Source of the DNA: an uncultured Desulfurococcales archaeon
Lineage (GTDB): Archaea > Thermoproteota > Thermoprotei_A > EX4484-217-1
Reading direction: 5' to 3'
NCBI GenBank assembly: GCA_964406965.1
Contig: CAYOTT010000022.1
Span: 1 to 21,615, forward strand
DNA: 21,615 bases
Position numbers and translations under genes: made by a program. Shown here in pieces: positions 16,593 to 21,615 of this stretch (position 1 is its first letter; each line of letters begins with the position of its first letter). Below the pieces are notes generated by a model, which had not been told where the DNA came from, searched no databases, and saw only the letters and a list, made by a program, of their open reading frames with translations.

Positions 16593-16663
16593 TTTATTCT
16601 CTAAGGTATTGTGAGTAACTATTATTTATCTCTACACGCTTTCTTAAGTAAGGCTAGAAGGCT

Positions 16664-17875
16664 ATGCCAAATGAGCTTATAGCTATACTGTTAGGTTACG
16701 TTATCTTCATATCACTTGCTAATGCAGTTTACGGTGTTTACAAGGATAAGTTAAGAAAGCTTGGGCTTGAAGTTTCCGGAATAACTATTATCTGGAGAAT
16801 TTTTAGAAGAGAAATTGTTCCTTCAGAAAAATCGTTTAAGAGAATTAGAAAAGTAGGTTTCCTACTTGACGCATTAATTATAGTTATGATTGCTAGTTTG
16901 CTTATTGGTTTCAAAATTCTCTTTGAAAACATTATCGGAATGATTAAAGCTATTGGAGCTGCTGAAGCACCTACTAAGGGCGTAGTTACCCCTGTAGTTC
17001 CTTTGATACCTGGAATCACAATTTCGCTAAGCAATTTACCAACAATAATAGCTGTTGTGGCCTTAGCCGCTCTTGTCCATGAGGGCATGCATGCTTTAGT
17101 AAGTTTAGTAGAAGGTTCTAAAATTAAAAGCGCCGGATTGGCTTTAATAACTATAATACTTGCACCTTTCGTTGAAATTGATGAAAAAGACTTTGAAAAG
17201 CTAAGGCTTAGAAGTAAACTTAGAATTCTTTCAGCCGGGGTTTCCGGAAACATAGGGTTAGCAATAATTTCAATAGTTCTTTTCGCAACACTGTTACCAG
17301 TATTTTTCAATCTTTACCCGGGGTTTTACATTGCAGATGTTGTTGAGAAAACGGCTGCTGAGAAAGCTAATGTTCCAGAAAACATGGTTATTGTTGCTAT
17401 TAATGGAACATATTTTAGAGAGAAAACCAATGTTCTTACACTCCTATTTAACCCTCAGAAGCTTAACGAAATTCTTTCGGAATTTAAGCTTAAAGGTGAA
17501 ACCTTAGAGCTTACACTTATGAACCCTAGAAATACCAGTGAGATTTTAGTGTTAACTGTAGTGAGAAACTCTACGAAGGACCCTATTGGCGTATACTTGT
17601 ACCCATACATTGTTATGGAGCCTCGCAGCAAGTTGGCTGCAAAAGTAGGGTATGCTTCGCAAACATTTCTCCTATGGTCTTTTGCAATAAACTTAGGATT
17701 AGCAGCTATAAACGCGATTCCCATATTTATTACGGATGGTGGGAAAGCTCTAGACGAACTTCTTAAGCAAAAACTTAGAAGAAATGGAGCAACTCTTTCC
17801 AGAATTGTTCAAGCATTCTTTCTCACAATACTCCTAATAAACATGGTCGCATCAGTTATGCTATATGTACCTTGA
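16664..17875 (+). CDS. M50-family site-2 protease (intramembrane metalloprotease with an internal PDZ-like domain)
   Basis: 403 aa with multiple TM helices. HExxH (LVHEGMHAL) lies within a TM segment, and the second motif is NAIPIFITDGG (NxxPxxxxDG). The central soluble segment is PDZ-like (FYIADVVEKTAAEKANVPENMVIVAINGTYF). Confidence 0.85.
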   Translation: MPNELIAILLGYVIFISLANAVYGVYKDKLRKLGLEVSGITIIWRIFRREIVPSEKSFKRIRKVGFLLDALIIVMIASLLIGFKILFENIIGMIKAIGAAEAPTKGVVTPVVPLIPGITISLSNLPTIIAVVALAALVHEGMHALVSLVEGSKIKSAGLALITIILAPFVEIDEKDFEKLRLRSKLRILSAGVSGNIGLAIISIVLFATLLPVFFNLYPGFYIADVVEKTAAEKANVPENMVIVAINGTYFREKTNVLTLLFNPQKLNEILSEFKLKGETLELTLMNPRNTSEILVLTVVRNSTKDPIGVYLYPYIVMEPRSKLAAKVGYASQTFLLWSFAINLGLAAINAIPIFITDGGKALDELLKQKLRRNGATLSRIVQAFFLTILLINMVASVMLYVP

Positions 17876-17876
17876 A

Positions 17877-17886
17877 AATATATATT
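17877..17886 (+). promoter_or_regulatory. Candidate TATA box for the SRP RNA gene
   Basis: AAATATATAT lies about 20-29 nt upstream of the inferred SRP RNA 5' end (17906). This rests on position and motif only. Confidence 0.4.
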
Positions 17887-17905
17887 TCAGAAACAATATT
17901 TCTAA

Positions 17906-18228
17906 GGGGCACGCGGGTAGGGCCGAGGGGCTCGCCCTCCCTCGTAACCCGAAACGGGCGATATGCGGGGGCCAGTAACCCGCTACCGGGCGGGGTAAGC
18001 TCCAAGCACTACCGTAGGGAACGATGATACTCCGCCCCATGGGGTTGGCGGTGGCGGACCACCCGCTGGAGGGCGGGTTGGTACCGCCTTTACCGAGGGA
18101 ACCTGGCCAGGCCCGGAAGGGAGCAACCTAACCCCGGACGCCAACGTTCATGGGTTTACGGGGTTGAGATTCCCTACGGTGGGCAACTTGGGGTTTACCC
18201 TGCTTAGGTAGCGGGGGCCGCGTGCCCC
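17906..18228 (+). ncRNA. Signal recognition particle RNA (7S/SRP RNA)
   Basis: This is a 323-nt GC-rich island. It contains the conserved helix-8 SRP54-binding motif CCAGGCCCGGAAGGGAGCAAC at about 18106-18126, an Alu-domain-like GUAACCC loop near the 5' end, and termini GGGGCACGCGG and CCGCGUGCCCC that pair over 11 bp. Confidence 0.9.
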
Positions 18229-18244
18229 TTCCTATATTTGTTCG

Positions 18245-19084
18245 GTGCTTAGATTGAAGATCACATGCTTAATTAGGGATAATGGTAAGCTAAGCGTCTC
18301 CAGTGATTTTCCAGAGTGTTTAAAGAATGCGTTATGGATTCACATGTTTACTTCTGAAAGAGGCTTTCCAGAGGAATTAAGAAAGCATATAAGAGTAAAA
18401 AATGTTCTCGGTAAAACATTTAGCTTAACAATGCCTAAGACAGGGTTTAGCTTCCACATTTTCGTATGTAAAGAACATGTTGTAACCTGGAGTAGTAGGG
18501 AAACTTCGGTTTTCGTTAGAAACACCATGAATGCATGTATTGATAGAGTATGCTTAAGTGTAAGCAGCGTAGTTGAGATAATAATTTATGCCCTTATAGA
18601 GGAACTTTATGAAAACTTAAACGAGCTAGAACTAGAACTAGATCGCGTAGAGGAAAGTTTAGCTAAAGCTCATGAAACATTTAATGTACTTAACGTTTTC
18701 AAGAAGCTTAGGAAAATACGTAAATCAGCATCAACACTAAGGATACTTGCGAATAGAGCTAAAGTTTCCTTAAACATTAGTGAATCAGTTGTTGAAGAAA
18801 CTTCAGCACTCATTGAGCATTTAGAAAAACTACATGAAAGACTTATGATGCTAACGCAGTTTAACTATGTTATTTTAAGCGATAAAACAAATAAGGTTGT
18901 TCAAAAATTAACAGTAATATCGTCAATATTCCTACCATTAACCCTTATAGCAAGCATTTACGGCATGAACTTTAGATACATGCCGGAACTATATCATCCG
19001 CTAGGATACTACACGGTACTGTTAGCCATGACAACCATAGCCATAGTGCAGCTAATTTACTTTAAAAAGAAAAAGTGGATATAA
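18245..19084 (+). CDS. corA: CorA-family Mg2+/Co2+ transporter (short form); start uncertain
   Basis: 279 aa. It has the YGMNF signature between two C-terminal TM helices (VISSIFLPLTLIASIYGMNF...YYTVLLAMTTIAIVQLIYF), preceded by a long coiled helix. The GTG start lies only 16 nt after the SRP RNA. Confidence 0.85.
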   Translation: MLRLKITCLIRDNGKLSVSSDFPECLKNALWIHMFTSERGFPEELRKHIRVKNVLGKTFSLTMPKTGFSFHIFVCKEHVVTWSSRETSVFVRNTMNACIDRVCLSVSSVVEIIIYALIEELYENLNELELELDRVEESLAKAHETFNVLNVFKKLRKIRKSASTLRILANRAKVSLNISESVVEETSALIEHLEKLHERLMMLTQFNYVILSDKTNKVVQKLTVISSIFLPLTLIASIYGMNFRYMPELYHPLGYYTVLLAMTTIAIVQLIYFKKKKWI

Positions 19085-19126
19085 CGTAAAAATCTAAAAA
19101 CCAGAAAACGTACAGTTATAGACCGA

Positions 19127-19232
19127 GCCGGGGTCGCCTAGCCTGGTAGGGCGCCGGCCTGCTAAGGCAGCCTCACCGTAGAAAGCCGGTGGGGGAAACC
19201 CCGCGCGGGTTCAAATCCCGCCCCCGGCGCCA
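19127..19232 (+). tRNA. tRNA-Ser (anticodon GCU), type II with long variable arm, 19-nt intron, genomically encoded CCA
   Basis: The acceptor stem is GCCGGGG/CCCCGGC and the D arm is GCCU-AGCCUGGUA-GGGC. The anticodon stem is CCGGC/GCCGG and the loop is CU-GCU-A[intron]A. The variable arm is UGGGGGAAACCCCGC. The T arm is GCGGG-UUCAAAU-CCCGC. The discriminator is G, followed by CCA. Confidence 0.9.
19165..19183 (+). other. tRNA intron at the canonical 37/38 position with a bulge-helix-bulge fold
   Basis: C32-U33-G34-C35 pair with the intron's GUAG to give a 4-bp central helix. It is flanked by 3-nt bulges U36-A37|A and A-A|A38, each with the splice site after the second bulge nucleotide. Removing these 19 nt restores a 7-nt anticodon loop. 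Confidence 0.75.
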
Positions 19233-19389
19233 TTTCTCATTATTCTACAAACTAAAGTTTTAATGACTCCTTTTAGAAGCAGAGAGTTTCGGAGCTGCTA
19301 ATATTACCTTCCATGTTCGATAATGTCTATATAAGTGTCAATGGTAATATTTAACATTAGAATACGTGTTTGCGAGGAATATTTCCATC

Positions 19390-20637
19390 ATGTTGGAGGA
19401 GAAAATATTTAGGAAAATAGATGAATTACGTAATTACTATGTTGAAGTTTTAAAAAACATGGTTTCCATACCTACAGTTGTGCCTCCAGGTGAACACTAC
19501 AGGGAATTTGTTGACTATGCTAAAGAGGTTCTTAAGGAAATAGGGTTAGAAGTAACGGTAACTGAAGTTCCAAAAGACTACCTTGAGAAACATGTTCCAG
19601 AAATGAAGGATTATCCAAGGTACATTATTATTGGGAGACTAGGAAGAGGCGGACCCATTCTACACTTTAACGGACACTACGATGTAGTGCCGTCAGGCGC
19701 GGGTTGGAAAACAGATCCCTTTAAACCGACAATAATTAATGACAAGCTTTATGGACGTGGAGCTTCAGACATGAAAGGAGGCATTGTCTCAATGTTAACA
19801 ACCGTAAAAGCTGTTATCGAAGCTGAAGCCGAAATTAATGGAGCAATAGAGATCTCTATGACACCTGATGAGGAAATAGGCGGTAAATGCGGTGTAAATT
19901 ACATGTTAGAAGCTGGAATATCAAAACCTAACTACTGCATTATAGCTGAGCCTTCAGGATACGATAGAATATGGATTGGACATAAAGGGACAGTATGGGG
20001 TGAAATAGTAGTTTATGGGAAAACAGCTCACGCGAGTACACCTTGGCTAGGCGTTAATGCTTTTGAAAAAATGGTTGATTTAGCAAAGAAAATGATATCC
20101 ACTCTTAAACCTAAGGTTGAAAGTAAAATCACAAGTTATGAAACAGATGTTCCTGAAGGGAGAAAGGCAACGATAGTTTTAGGAAGCATAGTGAAAGGCG
20201 GAGTTAAAATAAATGTTGTCCCGGGCAAAGTTGTTTTCCAATTTGATAGAAGAGTTCTTCCAGAAGAAAACTTCGAAGAAGTGGTGAAGGAAATAGAGAG
20301 CGTGATAGAAGAAGCCAAGAAGAAAGATCCGGAACTTAAAGCTGAACTGAAAATACTGTTTAAAGCCAAACCAGCAGCAATAAGCCCGCAAGCTAAGTTA
20401 GCATTAACATTAAGGGATGCTGTAAAGGAAATTATAGGTAAAGAACCTAGACTAACTCTTTCAACAGGATTTTTAGATGCAAGATTCTTTGTTGAAAGAG
20501 AAATTGAAACGTTAACTTATGGTCCAGGAGATTTATCACAAGCCCATGTAGCTAATGAACATATAGAACTAAGTAAAATACCATTAACAAGTAAAGCGTA
20601 TGCCCTAACTATCCTTAAATTACTATGTAAACAATAA
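19390..20637 (+). CDS. M20-family metallopeptidase/deacylase (ArgE/DapE/LysK/CPG2-like)
   Basis: Metal-ligand context is present: HFNGHYDVVP, GRGASDMKGG, PDEEIGG, IIAEPS and AHVANEH. The track start is GTG 19366. The in-frame ATG 19390 (MLEEKIF...) is preceded by GAGGA and is preferred here. The substrate cannot be assigned from sequence or context. Confidence 0.88.
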   Translation: MLEEKIFRKIDELRNYYVEVLKNMVSIPTVVPPGEHYREFVDYAKEVLKEIGLEVTVTEVPKDYLEKHVPEMKDYPRYIIIGRLGRGGPILHFNGHYDVVPSGAGWKTDPFKPTIINDKLYGRGASDMKGGIVSMLTTVKAVIEAEAEINGAIEISMTPDEEIGGKCGVNYMLEAGISKPNYCIIAEPSGYDRIWIGHKGTVWGEIVVYGKTAHASTPWLGVNAFEKMVDLAKKMISTLKPKVESKITSYETDVPEGRKATIVLGSIVKGGVKINVVPGKVVFQFDRRVLPEENFEEVVKEIESVIEEAKKKDPELKAELKILFKAKPAAISPQAKLALTLRDAVKEIIGKEPRLTLSTGFLDARFFVEREIETLTYGPGDLSQAHVANEHIELSKIPLTSKAYALTILKLLCKQ

Positions 20638-20666
20638 TCGAAAAACGTAAGTATTATTACAAAATA

Positions 20667-20679
20667 TTTTTTCTTTTTT
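20667..20679 (+). terminator. Oligo-T tract, candidate archaeal intrinsic terminator downstream of the M20 gene
   Basis: TTTTTTCTTTTTT begins about 30 nt after the stop codon. Archaeal RNA polymerase terminates at oligo-T tracts. There is no supporting experimental signal here. Confidence 0.3.
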
Positions 20680-20802
20680 ACAATATCCCAAGATCCTTAT
20701 ACAGCATTGTACAAGTCTTATGTACTTCTTAAATATTATCATGAACAGAATTAATAATAACAAGGTCTCAATAGTTTAGCTCTGCTTTCTGAGGTGCCTT
20801 TT

Positions 20803-21024
20803 ATGGCTCGCGAGGAAGTTGAGAGGAGAGAGAAATATGCATTATGTTTAGCGCTCATAGCGCCTGTTGTTATGATTTTAAGTGCGCCTTTAATTAATAC
20901 AGTGGAGCCTTACATTGCCGGTATGCCGTTTATATTCTTCTGGCATGTACTGTGGCTTATCATAGGCCCAATATTCCTGACGCTAGCATACCTCATTAGG
21001 ATAGGTAAGATTAAGGTGAAGTAG
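20803..21024 (+). CDS. Small two-TM membrane protein (DUF3311-like) coupled to the downstream solute symporter
   Basis: 73 aa from ATG 20803, with an SD-like GAGGTG at 20791-20796. The track's GTG 20794 is less likely. It has two hydrophobic helices. The stop lies 2 nt before the symporter start, an arrangement typical of small subunits preceding SSS-family transporters. Confidence 0.7.
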   Translation: MAREEVERREKYALCLALIAPVVMILSAPLINTVEPYIAGMPFIFFWHVLWLIIGPIFLTLAYLIRIGKIKVK

Positions 21025-21026
21025 CT

Positions 21027-21615
21027 GTGGAAGTAGCTCCGGGGACTTTAGCTTTAAGCATAATTTTTGGATGGATAGTGCTTTCTACGGTAATTGCTAT
21101 AATGGCTGGTATTCTGAAGAAGTTTAGTCTTGAAGAATGGTTCGTAGCTAGTAGAGGCTTATCGTTCATAGTAATATATTTTGCTTTGGCAGCTGAAATT
21201 TATAGTGGCTTTACGTTCTTAGGGTTAGCTGGGTGGGCTTATAAGTTTGGAGCACCAATTCTATATGCTTTAGCATACTTCGTTACAGCATATTCTACAG
21301 GCTTCATGCTAACACCATATTACAATAGGATAGCTAGGAAGCTTGGATTAGTAACCCAGCCGGACTACTTTGTTACACGATATGAAAGCAAATGGCTAGG
21401 TGTTTTAGTGGCCATTATTGGTGTCGTGTTTTTCGTACCATACGTTCAGTTACAAATAGGCGCTACAGGCATTATTATTGAGCTTGCGAGCTACGGAGCT
21501 ATTGAAAGAACAACAGCAATGATAATAGCATTCATTCTTGTAGCAATATTCATTTTCATCGGAGGAATTAGAGGTGTTGCATGGACAAATGTGCTTCAGG
21601 GAATACTAATGTGGA
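21027..21615 (+). CDS. Sodium:solute symporter (SSS) family transporter, 5' partial (runs off the window)
   Basis: It is absent from the ORF track because no stop is reached. My translation from GTG 21027 (SD-like AAGGTGA at 21013-21019) gives VEVAPGTLALSIIFGWIVLSTVIAIMAGILKKFSLEEWFVASRGLSFIVIYFALAAEIYSGFTFLGLAGWAYKFGAP...IFIGGIRGVAWTNVLQGILMW. It is continuously hydrophobic and carries SSS-like EWFVASRGL and GGIRGVAWTNVLQG blocks. Confidence 0.88.
   Translation, partial: MEVAPGTLALSIIFGWIVLSTVIAIMAGILKKFSLEEWFVASRGLSFIVIYFALAAEIYSGFTFLGLAGWAYKFGAPILYALAYFVTAYSTGFMLTPYYNRIARKLGLVTQPDYFVTRYESKWLGVLVAIIGVVFFVPYVQLQIGATGIIIELASYGAIERTTAMIIAFILVAIFIFIGGIRGVAWTNVLQGILMW

Noticed and set aside
16738-17310. 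190-aa ORF antisense to the M50 protease
   Set aside because: It is the mirror image of a hydrophobic membrane-protein gene. It has no start context and no motifs. The sense strand carries HExxH and NxxPxxxxDG.
17906-18228. First impression that the ~320-nt GC-rich island could be RNase P RNA
   Set aside because: It contains the diagnostic SRP helix-8 sequence GGCCAGGCCCGGAAGGGAGCAAC and an Alu-type 5' domain with long-range pairing of its termini. I did not see the RNase P conserved regions. I call it SRP RNA.
19233-19365. Short hairpin AGCAG...CUGCU and AT-rich spacer after tRNA-Ser as a possible sRNA or riboswitch
   Set aside because: There are only about 5 bp of pairing, no GC enrichment and no conserved motif that I recognise. 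It is most simply the terminator/promoter spacer for the M20 gene (TATA-like CTATATAAG at 19327-19335).
20136-20391. Two overlapping minus-strand ORFs (77 aa and 70 aa) inside the M20 peptidase gene
   Set aside because: They are mutually exclusive frames, both low-complexity, and both lie inside a well-supported CDS.
1-21615. Window-wide search for CRISPR repeats, transposase or integrase genes, terminal inverted repeats, toxin-antitoxin pairs or defence islands
   Set aside because: I saw no direct-repeat arrays, no recombinase-like ORFs and no atypical-composition protein-coding block. The tRNA gene is not flanked by an integrase or a duplicated attachment-like tRNA fragment within the window. 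The region reads as a core housekeeping locus.

Overview
This window looks like a compact core-genome segment of an AT-rich, probably hyperthermophilic archaeon. The gene set is crenarchaeote-like. I cannot name the species from sequence alone. Nearly every base is accounted for by housekeeping genes of translation (MetAP, PheRS alpha and beta, TyrRS, pelota, RimI-like GNAT), replication (archaeal DnaG, a DHH/RecJ-like protein, family-B DNA polymerase), coenzyme A synthesis (archaeal PPAT) and the membrane (M50 site-2 protease, CorA, DUF3311-like protein plus a sodium:solute symporter running off the 3' end). Four sharply GC-rich islands stand out from the AT-rich background. They are a stand-alone 5S rRNA (8-135, minus), SRP/7S RNA (17906-18228, plus), an intron-containing tRNA-Ser(GCU) (19127-19232, plus) and an unannotated ~109-nt hairpin between pheT and tyrS (7009-7117). 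That hairpin has the full architecture of an archaeal H/ACA pseudouridylation guide RNA: lower stem, pocket, upper stem, canonical K-turn, and ACA 15 nt from the pocket. I found no CRISPR array, mobile element, toxin-antitoxin or recognisable defence system, and no convincing novel multi-gene system. The points most worth a second look are: (1) the H/ACA-like RNA and its unusual 13-bp terminal clamp. (2) Two genes (PPAT and a membrane-anchored conserved archaeal protein) whose conserved N-terminal segments lie upstream of any in-frame canonical start, while a TATA box about 26 nt upstream points to a GTG in a different frame, which implies assembly indels or recoding. (3) A translationally overlapped nucleotidyltransferase/radical-SAM pair of unknown function. 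(4) A rimI-polB-DHH gene run converging on dnaG. Most other track ORFs are antisense artefacts of purine-rich coding strands.
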